Source of the DNA: a bacterium
GTDB lineage: Bacteria > Babelota > Babeliae > Babelales > RVW-14
Assembly: GCA_016699045.1 (NCBI GenBank)
Contig: CP064957.1
Coordinates: 729,784-793,783 of the forward strand
DNA length: 64,000 nt
Reading direction: 5' to 3'
In this document: piece by piece, positions 51,929 through 60,876 of the stretch
Layout: each line of letters begins with the position of its first letter
How positions within the stretch are numbered: the stretch's first letter is position 1
Translations under genes and position numbers: made by a program
Notes under the pieces: generated by a model
Databases searched by the model: none
What the model saw: the letters and a program-made list of their open reading frames with translations, nothing else
Told to the model about the DNA's origin: nothing

Positions 51929-52192
51929 AAAAATGGGCTGCTCATTATTACTATCTAATATATAATATTAAGATATATATAAAAAATTTACTTATGAACA
52001 AAGCCCCTCTTCTCATTTTTCCCAAAAATAAAAATTATTATGTTTCAAAAGAGTTATATTCTTTGTTCTTCACATTTAGGGGATTTTGCTTTAGACTGGG
52101 TTCTAAGTTGTCGATAGTGCATAACTTTCATATTAAACCAGTTTAAGTACTCAGCAATCAAAATTGCTATATCTACCTTAACAATCGAGGGC

Positions 52193-53293
52193 ATGGAAAC
52201 CGTGAATCTTGCAGATGTAATAGAAAATCTCGTTGAAGAGCGTGGTCTTGATCGGGATCAAATAGCCGCCATCGTTTGCGACGGTATTCAAACGGCATAT
52301 ACAAAAAAATATCCCTACGTTGATGTTTTGGTTACTTATAACAAAAAAACCGGTCTCGTAGAAATTTTGGCTGAAAAAGAAGTTGTAAATACGGTTGAAG
52401 ACCCTGATACCGAAATAACACTTCGTAGAGCCAAAATGGTTGATGCAAAAGCTGAACTTGGCTCACTTATTCATGTTCCATTCGAACAGGAAATTGGTCG
52501 CGTTGAAATTATTGCGGCCAAGCAAATCATTTCTGCAAAGATTCGGGAACTTGAGCATATGGCGGTTTACAATGAGTTTAAAGACCGTAAGGGCGCTATT
52601 ATTATTGGTGCTGTGCATAAACGTGAACGCGCAGGCATGGTAATAAAGATTGGCGAAATTATGGGCTTGTTGCCTAATGAAAACATTCCTATTGGCGAAA
52701 CAATTAAGGTAGGGCACCAAATTCGCGTTCTTGTACAAGACGTGCTTGTTGCGGCCAGGGGCGATTACCAAATTATTCTCGATCGCGCTTCGGCAGATTT
52801 TGTTAAGGGCCTTATCGAGCTTGAAATTCCTGAAGTTTATGAAGGAATTGTCGAAATAAGGAAAATTGTTCGAACTGCCGGTTATAAAACCAAGGCAATC
52901 GTTGCTTCGACTAGCAAAGACATTGATCCTGTGGGAACGTGTGTTGGCGTTGGTGGTGCGCGTATTAAGCCTATTTTGCGGGAGCTCGGGCAAGAAAAAG
53001 TTGATTTGATTGAGGCAACCGACGATCTTGACGATTTAGTAAAAGATAGTCTTAAGCCTGCAGATATCGACAAAGTAGAGGTAAATGAGCAATCAAGTGT
53101 AGCAATGGTTTGGCTGGCTCAAGATCAGCGATCGCTGGCCATTGGAAAACTTGGACAAAATATAACCTTGGCGTCTAAGTTGACTGGTTTGGAAATTCAC
53201 CTGCAAGATATACAACCGCCGCGTGGCCACGAAGAAGGCTTTATTGACCGACCTTTTGAGCACAAAGACGAGAATGACGGCACGGAAGACTAA
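52193..53293 (+). CDS. nusA: Transcription termination/antitermination factor NusA (no C-terminal AR repeats)
   Basis: 366 aa with S1 and two KH domains (VASTSKDIDPVGTCVGVGGARIKPI, AIGKLGQNITLASKLTG). nusA-infB synteny. Confidence 0.93.
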   Translation: METVNLADVIENLVEERGLDRDQIAAIVCDGIQTAYTKKYPYVDVLVTYNKKTGLVEILAEKEVVNTVEDPDTEITLRRAKMVDAKAELGSLIHVPFEQEIGRVEIIAAKQIISAKIRELEHMAVYNEFKDRKGAIIIGAVHKRERAGMVIKIGEIMGLLPNENIPIGETIKVGHQIRVLVQDVLVAARGDYQIILDRASADFVKGLIELEIPEVYEGIVEIRKIVRTAGYKTKAIVASTSKDIDPVGTCVGVGGARIKPILRELGQEKVDLIEATDDLDDLVKDSLKPADIDKVEVNEQSSVAMVWLAQDQRSLAIGKLGQNITLASKLTGLEIHLQDIQPPRGHEEGFIDRPFEHKDENDGTED

Positions 53294-53365
53294 TTGTTGC
53301 CCGAGACAGCACTTTTTTGTTGCCGGTAAAAATTTAATGTTAAAAAAAGATAGGTGAGCAGTAAC

Positions 53366-54553
53366 ATGCGTGTATATGAGATTGCAAAAGAACTCGATAT
53401 TTCAAGCAAGGAACTGGTAGTCTTTTTGAAAAATGAGGGATCGCCTGTCTCAAATCACATGTCGATGCTAACAGAAAAAGACATTGAGCTTGTCAAAAAG
53501 ACTTTTGGGAAAAAGACGCCAAAGCTTGCCGAAGTAAAAATTGTGGCTGAAAAAAAGCCAACACCTGAAAAAAAATCGACTTCTGTCAAAAAAACTCTTA
53601 CTCAGAAAAAAGAACCTGATTTAAAGGTTGCAGAGCCAGAAAAGAAGACGATAGTACACAGCAAAACGGTCGAAAAAAAACAACAACCAGGCGAAACGGC
53701 GCAAAAAAAAGACGTTGAAATAGCTACGAGGAATGTTGCTTCTGCACAACCAAAACAAGAAACAACCTCTTCTAATCAGATAAAGGGTCCCACAATCGCT
53801 GCACCAATTAATCAAAAAACACCTGTTCGTTCTTTAGTTCCTGAAGAAGAGGACGTAAGATTTTTAGATATTTCGACCAAGCAAGCTACAAGTAGTATGA
53901 CGTTTGATCGCTCTAAAGGATCTCGTGGCGTTAACACTCAACAAAACACAGGCTCACGGTCGAGTAGACGCCAACATCACCGTCGTCGTGCGGCGCGAGC
54001 TGCTGTTGAACAACAGCAACATAGTGCACCGATTACTGACGTTGTGTTGTCAAAAAGCTTGCCTCTTTTCGAAGTTGCGCAATTGATGGGTAAGTCTGAT
54101 GGCGAGCTTATCTTGGCCTTGTTAAAGCGTGGCATGGTCTGCAATCGCAACAATGTTCTTTCAACAGACGTTATCGAATCTCTGGCTGCACAATTTGGTA
54201 TTCAAACATCCGTTGCAGCGCCAGCTCCCGACAAAAATGTCGAAAGCATTCAAGCAAAAATTAAACAAACTGAAGATGGCATTCAGCGTTGGCCGGTTGT
54301 TGTGGTGATGGGACACGTTGACCACGGCAAGACAACGTTATTAGACTTTATTCGTAAAATGAATGTTGCGGCTCGTGAAAAAGGTGGCATTACGCAACAC
54401 ATTAGTGCTTATGAAGTTAATAGCAAGCATGGCAAGATTGTGTTTTTGGACACGCCTGGGCACGAAGCTTTTTCTTATTTGAGACAAAAAGGCGCTCGAA
54501 TTACTGATATTGCTGTTTTGGTGGTAGCAGCTGATGACGGCGTTAAGTTATAA
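53366..54553 (+). CDS. infB: Translation initiation factor IF-2, N-terminal part (N-domain, G1-G3), ending at an in-frame TAA
   Basis: [18 protein letters not shown]..., G1 [13 protein letters not shown]3 DTPGH, then AADDGVKL followed by TAA at 54551-54553. Confidence 0.85.
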   Translation: MRVYEIAKELDISSKELVVFLKNEGSPVSNHMSMLTEKDIELVKKTFGKKTPKLAEVKIVAEKKPTPEKKSTSVKKTLTQKKEPDLKVAEPEKKTIVHSKTVEKKQQPGETAQKKDVEIATRNVASAQPKQETTSSNQIKGPTIAAPINQKTPVRSLVPEEEDVRFLDISTKQATSSMTFDRSKGSRGVNTQQNTGSRSSRRQHHRRRAARAAVEQQQHSAPITDVVLSKSLPLFEVAQLMGKSDGELILALLKRGMVCNRNNVLSTDVIESLAAQFGIQTSVAAPAPDKNVESIQAKIKQTEDGIQRWPVVVVMGHVDHGKTTLLDFIRKMNVAAREKGGITQHISAYEVNSKHGKIVFLDTPGHEAFSYLRQKGARITDIAVLVVAADDGVKL

Positions 54554-54562
54554 ACAGTTGAA

Positions 54563-55777
54563 GTGATTAAATATGCACGTCAAACCAACGTAACTATTAT
54601 TATTGCTATTAACAAGATGGACAAGGTTGCGCCAGCAGCGGTGGAAACTGTTAAGCGTCAACTTGCGCAGCATGACTTGTTGGTAGAAGATTGGGGCGGC
54701 AATATTATTTGCGTGCCGATCTCTGGTAAAACAGGACAGGGTGTTGCCGAGCTTCTTGAAATGATTGTTCTTCAATCACAAATGATGGAACTTAAAGCAT
54801 TCCCTGACAGACCTGCGCAAGCGTTTGTTTTGGAGTCGCGTTTAGAAAAGGGCTTTGGTCCAGTTGCTTCTGTTATTTGTACCGAAGGTACGCTTAAACA
54901 AGGCGATTATTTTGTGTGCGGCAACAGCAGTGGCAAGATTCGTTTGTTGGTAGATTCCGGCGGCCAAAAAGTAAAAGAAGCTGGGCCTTCAATGCCAGTA
55001 CAAGTTGTTGGTTTTAATGAATTTGCTTCATCGGGCGAATGGCTGCAAGTTGTTTCTGCGCATGATTACAACCAAGCTCGTGCTGGTAAAACCGTTCAAG
55101 CTCCGTTGTCTACAACCGCACAAGCAATGCAACAAGAACTTTCTCTTGCTTCTCGTGAAGTGTCTCAGCGATCAATGAATCTTTTAATCAAAGTTGATAC
55201 GCAAGGTTCTAAAGAAGCGCTGATGGGCTTGTTGAAAAAATTAACTGATCTTTCTCGAGAAGTTCAATGCCCGCTGAACATAGTTTATGTTGGCGTTGGC
55301 GATATTTCTGAAAGTGACGTTGACTTGGCCGCTAATACTCATTCGATGATTATTGGTTTCCACATAAAAGCTGAAAAAAATTCACAGATGGCAGCCAAAG
55401 AACAAGTCGTTGAAATTAAACTTTTCGATGTGATTTATCATTTGGTTGAATATTTGCAAGAACAAATTGAGAAAAAGCGTATTGTTGAAGCAGTATGGAA
55501 ACAAGTTGGTGAAGCAGTTGTGCGTAAAGTTTTTGTAACAAAAACAGGAACAATTGCTGGTTGCTACTTGCGCGAAGGGCTTTGTTCTCGCGACAACAAG
55601 TTCCAATGTATTCGTGGCTCCAAGGTCGTAGCTGAAGGAAAAATTAATAGCTTGCAGCGCGATCGTAAAGTAGTTAAAGAAGTGCATGCGGGTTATGAAT
55701 TTGCCTTTATTGCGGACTCTTTCCAAGATTGGCAAGAAGATGACGTGGTCTTGTATTTGGCCAAAGTAAAAGGGTAA
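54563..55777 (+). CDS. infB: Translation initiation factor IF-2, C-terminal part (G4 onward), same frame as the upstream part
   Basis: Frame is continuous from 54554. G4 AINKMDK, domain II and C-terminal domains (LIKVDTQGSKEAL, VGVGDISESDV, IIGFHIK). GTG 54563 is only the first possible restart. Confidence 0.8.
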   Translation: MIKYARQTNVTIIIAINKMDKVAPAAVETVKRQLAQHDLLVEDWGGNIICVPISGKTGQGVAELLEMIVLQSQMMELKAFPDRPAQAFVLESRLEKGFGPVASVICTEGTLKQGDYFVCGNSSGKIRLLVDSGGQKVKEAGPSMPVQVVGFNEFASSGEWLQVVSAHDYNQARAGKTVQAPLSTTAQAMQQELSLASREVSQRSMNLLIKVDTQGSKEALMGLLKKLTDLSREVQCPLNIVYVGVGDISESDVDLAANTHSMIIGFHIKAEKNSQMAAKEQVVEIKLFDVIYHLVEYLQEQIEKKRIVEAVWKQVGEAVVRKVFVTKTGTIAGCYLREGLCSRDNKFQCIRGSKVVAEGKINSLQRDRKVVKEVHAGYEFAFIADSFQDWQEDDVVLYLAKVKG

Positions 55778-55797
55778 TACCTTTTTGGTTGTAGCTT

Positions 55798-56925
55798 ATG
55801 CGCACCATGCTTGAACGTATTTGGGATAAAACAAGCTCGCTCCAGCAGTTAACGTTTTTTGAAAAAATACTCTTTTGTAGTTTATGCCTGCTCGAACCTT
55901 TATATCGGGCAGGTTTTTTTATTGTCAAGTTTTATCGTAAAAAAACGGGTGGTACAAGGGTGCCTTTTTCAGTGTTGTCGATTGGAAATCTTTCGGTTGG
56001 TGGGACTGGCAAATCAGTAGTAGTTTCTTTTTTGGGAAATCTTTTAGCAAGCCGAGCGCCAGCAATTGTGCTTCGTGGTTATGGTGGGCGTGCTGCGCAC
56101 GACGGTACTAATATACTGGTCAGCGATGGAAAAAATATTTTATGTGATGTGGCAACAAGTGGCGACGAAGCATGTATGTTTGCACAATCGTTTTGTGGAC
56201 CGGTGGTTGTTGGTGCAGACCGCTTGCGCTCGTGCCAACTGCTTGAAGCGTGGTCACGCAAAACAGATAATGCTGTAAAGACCATTATTCTTGATGATGC
56301 GTACCAAAATTACAAAATTTTCAAAAACGTTGAAATTTTGCTGTTAGATGCGCGCAAACCATTCGATAATGGACATACGTTGCCGGCTGGCAGATTGCGC
56401 GAAAAAAACTATCGTCGTGCGCATTTTTTTTTCCTCATGCATGCAGACCAGGTTTCTCCAGCTTTTTTACAATTTATCACCACGAATTTATTGATTGGCG
56501 TGGATGAAAAATTTATTTTTGCAGGCAAGCATGCGTATGCTGGTATTTTTTTACATAATGCTGGTGTTGATCAAACGAAAAATCTTCGCTATCGATTGTG
56601 CATGATTGTTGCTGGTATTGGTTCGCCGAGTGGCTTTGAACGCACGGTTGCTGATGCGGATCTTATTTCTTGTGCTTCATTTATTTTTCCAGATCATCAT
56701 GATTATTCATGTGCTGATCTTGAAAAAATTGAACAGTATGCGCAAGAAAAAGATTGTTTTATTGCGGTGACGACTGCAAAAGATTGGGTTAAGTTGCAGC
56801 CTATCGTGCAAAAAATATCCAGTAAAATTCAGTGGTATGTTATTCGCGTTACGTTTGATTTTTTGCAAACGCATGATCATCAGCGTTTTTTCACTCTTTT
56901 AACAAATCTTTTAGACCATTCTTAA
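55798..56925 (+). CDS. lpxK: Tetraacyldisaccharide 4'-kinase
   Basis: VLSIGNLSVGGTGKSVVV P-loop context and ILDDAYQ motif, 375 aa. Confidence 0.85.
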   Translation: MRTMLERIWDKTSSLQQLTFFEKILFCSLCLLEPLYRAGFFIVKFYRKKTGGTRVPFSVLSIGNLSVGGTGKSVVVSFLGNLLASRAPAIVLRGYGGRAAHDGTNILVSDGKNILCDVATSGDEACMFAQSFCGPVVVGADRLRSCQLLEAWSRKTDNAVKTIILDDAYQNYKIFKNVEILLLDARKPFDNGHTLPAGRLREKNYRRAHFFFLMHADQVSPAFLQFITTNLLIGVDEKFIFAGKHAYAGIFLHNAGVDQTKNLRYRLCMIVAGIGSPSGFERTVADADLISCASFIFPDHHDYSCADLEKIEQYAQEKDCFIAVTTAKDWVKLQPIVQKISSKIQWYVIRVTFDFLQTHDHQRFFTLLTNLLDHS

Positions 56926-57008
56926 ATGTTGTTTGAGTTTTTACCATAAAGATATTATCCTTTTTTAAAAAGAGCAGGGTGGTATGAAACGTTAAGGAGA
57001 GATGGTTT

Positions 57009-58106
57009 ATGATGCTGGTCATGAGGCATGTTTTTTCATTTCTTTTTTCATTTTTAGTTGCCTTTTATTTGTTACCTCTTATTGCGCAAGCAGCTCGTCG
57101 GCTGCGTTTTTTAGATGAGCCAAATGGTACTATTAAAGTTCATAAAGCGCCGGTTCCCTATCTTGGCGGGCTGGCGGTATACATTCCGTTTGTTGCAACA
57201 CTCAGTCTTGTTTATCCTTTTGAAACTATTATTGTCTGGCTTTTGCTCGGCATCAGTTTGTTGTTACTGGTTGGCCTAATTGATGATTTTAAAGTATTGA
57301 AACCAGGACAAAAACTCTTTGGTCAAATTATTGCTGTGCTTTGTTTTTTGAAAGGCGGCTTGTCGCTTAAAACCGTGTTTTTTTCGTCAGGGCTCAATAT
57401 TTTTATCGCTGGCTTTTGGATGCTTTCTGTTATTAACGCATTTAACCTTGTTGATGTCATGGATGGCCTTTCGTCGCTTATTGCCATGGTTGCTGCCGTA
57501 TCGTTTTTCTTTGTTGCATTATTTTTTAAACAATATGCCTATAGCATTTTGTTGCTCGCTTTTTTGGGGCCGCTATTTGCTTTCTTTTTGCACAATAAGC
57601 CACCTGCAAAAATTTATTTGGGCGATGCGGGATCTATGTTTATTGGTGGTTTTTTGGCGGCGATGCCACTGCTGTTTCCGTGGAGCTATCAATTTTTAGA
57701 TGCGTACTACGTTCCGGCAATTATTTTAGGTATTCCATTGTTGGAAGTTTCTTGTTTGGTGATCATTCGAACATGGCTTGGGATTCCATTTTTTCGCGGC
57801 AGCCCCCATCATTTTTGTATTTATTTGATTAAAAAAGGATGGAGCAAAGAGCAGGTTCTGTTGTTTACCGGCTTTATGGGAAGTATTTTATCGGCTTGCG
57901 CGCTGCTCTTTTTGAGTAAAATAATAACGTTGCCACTGCTTGTTTGCGCAGGGGTTCTTTTTTTAGGGGCGTGGACTTTTATTATTTTTTCTCCGGCGTT
58001 ATTTCGTATTCAGCCTGAAGACCTTGAGCCAAAAAGTATTATTGGCGCCAAGCGAGTAGCCATGAATCAGTCGACAATTTCAGAGCGCCACGAGCAGGTC
58101 AAATAG
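57009..58106 (+). CDS. Glycosyltransferase family 4 polyprenyl-phosphate sugar-1-phosphate transferase (WecA-like)
   Basis: FLDEPNGTIKVHKAPVPYLGG, LIDDF, INAFNLVDVMDGLS, about 10 TM segments. Confidence 0.75.
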   Translation: MMLVMRHVFSFLFSFLVAFYLLPLIAQAARRLRFLDEPNGTIKVHKAPVPYLGGLAVYIPFVATLSLVYPFETIIVWLLLGISLLLLVGLIDDFKVLKPGQKLFGQIIAVLCFLKGGLSLKTVFFSSGLNIFIAGFWMLSVINAFNLVDVMDGLSSLIAMVAAVSFFFVALFFKQYAYSILLLAFLGPLFAFFLHNKPPAKIYLGDAGSMFIGGFLAAMPLLFPWSYQFLDAYYVPAIILGIPLLEVSCLVIIRTWLGIPFFRGSPHHFCIYLIKKGWSKEQVLLFTGFMGSILSACALLFLSKIITLPLLVCAGVLFLGAWTFIIFSPALFRIQPEDLEPKSIIGAKRVAMNQSTISERHEQVK

Positions 58107-58108
58107 TT

Positions 58109-58951
58109 TTACACAAAACTCTTGAGCGTTGCTATTTCGTCAGCATATTTTTCAGGATTTGGTGTTTCAAGAACTTTTGGCACGTGTATCAATCGATCAT
58201 CGTGCATAATTTTTTTGAACGTAGTCAGTGGAATTTCTCCTTCGCCCAAACTTGCATGGCGATCCTTTTTTGAACCGCATGGCATTTTAGAATCGTTGAG
58301 ATGCAACGCTTTGAGGCGACGAATGCCAATGGTTTTACAAAAATCGTCCATCATAGTTTCATAACCGTGTGGCGTGCTGATATCATGACCAGCAGCAAAA
58401 ACATGGCACGTATCTAGACATACACCAATTCTGCTGTTGTCTTCAATCTGCTCAATAATACTTTTGAGGTGTGTAAAAGTGCCAATATTGGTCCCCTGCC
58501 CCGCCATGGTTTCCAACAAAATCATTGAGTCCCCAGGAACTCTGTCTAAGATTGTTTTTAAATTTTGAGTGATATGTGCAATACCAATTTCTTCACCAGC
58601 GCCGGTGTGTGAGCCTGGATGCAGTACTAAATAAGGAATCTCTAAATCTTGGCAACGTTGTAGTTCTTTAGTCAGCGACGTAACTGATTTATGACGAACA
58701 TCAGTATTGCTTGCCGCCAAATTAATTAAATAAGAACTATGGACCATGATTTTTGTAAGCCCTGATTCTTTTACCGCTGCTTTGAATGCGTCAATCTCAT
58801 CGTGCTTGAGCGCGGGCGCAAACCAGCTTCTGTTACTTTTGGTAAAAATTTGCATGGTAGTGCAGCCAATTTCAAGAGCACGTTCAGCTGATTTGTAAAG
58901 GCCGCCTGCTGCCGAAATATGAGCACCAATCAACGTTTTATTATGAGGCAT
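58109..58951 (-). CDS. nfo: Endonuclease IV
   Basis: IGAHISAAGGL, MQIFTKSNRSW, LVLHPGSH, CLDTCHVFAAG, LHLNDS. Confidence 0.93.
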   Translation of the reverse strand: MPHNKTLIGAHISAAGGLYKSAERALEIGCTTMQIFTKSNRSWFAPALKHDEIDAFKAAVKESGLTKIMVHSSYLINLAASNTDVRHKSVTSLTKELQRCQDLEIPYLVLHPGSHTGAGEEIGIAHITQNLKTILDRVPGDSMILLETMAGQGTNIGTFTHLKSIIEQIEDNSRIGVCLDTCHVFAAGHDISTPHGYETMMDDFCKTIGIRRLKALHLNDSKMPCGSKKDRHASLGEGEIPLTTFKKIMHDDRLIHVPKVLETPNPEKYADEIATLKSFV

Positions 58952-59061
58952 GGGAGTCCTTTCTGGTTATCAGATTTTTACCTTAAAATAATTATGCATG
59001 AGAAGTGTTGATTTTGCATTATACTATTTTTTTATTAATTATATATTTTAGGGGTTTGGTC

Positions 59062-60876
59062 ATGAATTATCACGGCAGATTAGCGGTAAAGAGTTTTTGT
59101 TTGGTGTTTGTTTTGTTGCCGGCATTAATGATGCCTTTTGCTTGCGTGGCAGATGATTCGATTATTACTTTTTTTGAGCAACGTGATCTAGAGCTTTCTG
59201 GGTCGCTTAATCAATCACATCGAGGTGTTGTTGCCAAGCTTGGTAACCCTCAAACAATGTTTGGGCGGGATTGTATTGCGCATTTTTTTACCAACCCCAC
59301 GGCGGATGTGAGAGTTATTGAAGAGCGTCAAATCGCCATTCAAGAACTCTTTGAGAATCAAGAACTTTTGCATAATGTAACGCATTTGTTAAAGCAGCTA
59401 AAAGCGTATCAATACGGTGTAGATTTTTTTTTACATAAAAGCCTCGACGTGGCCGCCGAAGAAATTTTGAAGACTTATTATTTTTCATTATCAATGATGC
59501 GTTCGTACAATGATAGTGCTTTGGCTTTAACATTGCGCGATATTTTTAAAAAATTTGGTTTATTTATGCCGGTGATAGAACATCTTCTTTTTCACTTTGC
59601 TATGGATTATATTTATCAGGTAATCGCTGAAGATAAAAAAACTGATGGGCATTGTCATCATCATGACCATCAGCATAAACACCACCATCATGGCTGCGAT
59701 GGGCACTCGTGTGTTATGGACCATCTTGAACCAGCAGAAGGTGCAAGTACAGCTGTTAAAGGTTTGTTTTTAACCTTAAAAATTGGGCATTTTGGTCTTC
59801 ATGCGATCAGTATTTATGAAATGATTAGTTATGTTAAAGCACAAGTTGCGGTACTTGATTATGTGCATGATCAAGTAATTGCCGTGCAACAGTGCTTTGC
59901 AACGGTTGAGAAGCTTTCTAGTTTAGTTCAACGCAATGAAGTTCTTGCGCGCGTTTTTCCCGATATGTCAATGTTATTAAAAGAGCATAAAATCATGCCA
60001 GAATTGAGTGAGTTGTTTGTTAGTGGTGCCTTTGAACTTGATGATGAGCTTGGTTTTTTTTCTACCGTTGGGCCAACGTTGCGAGCTTACCGGTTGCTGC
60101 GTGAACAGCGAGATTCTTTTAAAAATGTTTGGCAGGCAGTTGGGCAGCTTGATGCGTACGCAACTCTAGCGCAGGTGATGCGTGAACATCAACATGGTGA
60201 TGCGCGCATGAGTTTTGTGCGCTTCAAAAAAGATGCAACGACGCCTTCGTTGATTATGAAAGGCTTATGGAATATCATGCTCAATCCCGACATGGTTACA
60301 ACTAACGATGTTGAACTTGGTGTAAATAATGCGCCGACTATCATGGTGATTACTGGGCCCAATAAAGCGGGAAAATCGAGCACATTGAAAGCGCTGGGGT
60401 TGAATGTTATTTTAGCCCAATCGTTTGGGATTGTTTGTGCTCGTGATGTCGAAATGACACCATTTGATGCGCTTATGACATACATAACGGTGACTGATGA
60501 TATCACGTGCGATACATCGTTGATGGTGGCAGAGTTGGCGCGCGCAGACGGTTGTTTAAAAAAAATTCAAGAATTAGAGCCAAATAAGTTTGGTTGTATT
60601 TTAATTGATGATTCATTATTTAAAGGTACGACATTTCAAAAACGAGAAGAGTTGGCGTATCAATTTGTAGAAGCAGTAGGCAGACCAGGTAATACGTGCG
60701 GCATGGTAGCAACCCACACCATGGCGTTGACGCAGTTGGCGCAGGTTGCTCAACAGACATTTTTTAATGCTTACATTCCAACTGTGCTAGCGCTTGATGG
60801 TAATGTGACGAGCACATTTACCGTGGTGCCCGGTATCGCTAACCCTGACGATGTTTTAGCGCTTGTGCGTGCTTAG
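59062..60876 (+). CDS. MutS-related ATPase (domains III-V-like) with hydrophobic N-terminus and His/Cys-rich loop
   Basis: Walker A ITGPNKAGKSSTLKALG, Walker B ILIDDSLFKGT, ATHT. N-terminus LAVKSFCLVFVLLPALMMPFACVA. DGHCHHHDHQHKHHHHGCDGHSC at 59644-59712. ATG 59062 preferred over the ORF-track start at 59005. Confidence 0.65.
   Translation: MNYHGRLAVKSFCLVFVLLPALMMPFACVADDSIITFFEQRDLELSGSLNQSHRGVVAKLGNPQTMFGRDCIAHFFTNPTADVRVIEERQIAIQELFENQELLHNVTHLLKQLKAYQYGVDFFLHKSLDVAAEEILKTYYFSLSMMRSYNDSALALTLRDIFKKFGLFMPVIEHLLFHFAMDYIYQVIAEDKKTDGHCHHHDHQHKHHHHGCDGHSCVMDHLEPAEGASTAVKGLFLTLKIGHFGLHAISIYEMISYVKAQVAVLDYVHDQVIAVQQCFATVEKLSSLVQRNEVLARVFPDMSMLLKEHKIMPELSELFVSGAFELDDELGFFSTVGPTLRAYRLLREQRDSFKNVWQAVGQLDAYATLAQVMREHQHGDARMSFVRFKKDATTPSLIMKGLWNIMLNPDMVTTNDVELGVNNAPTIMVITGPNKAGKSSTLKALGLNVILAQSFGIVCARDVEMTPFDALMTYITVTDDITCDTSLMVAELARADGCLKKIQELEPNKFGCILIDDSLFKGTTFQKREELAYQFVEAVGRPGNTCGMVATHTMALTQLAQVAQQTFFNAYIPTVLALDGNVTSTFTVVPGIANPDDVLALVRA

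Noticed and set aside
54551-54553. Possible genome-wide reassignment of TAA to a sense codon (Gln) to explain the infB stop
   Set aside because: TAA is the terminator of most well-conserved genes in this window at their expected ends (rplK, rplA, rplJ, rplL, rpoB, rpoC and others). A global recoding is therefore not supported.
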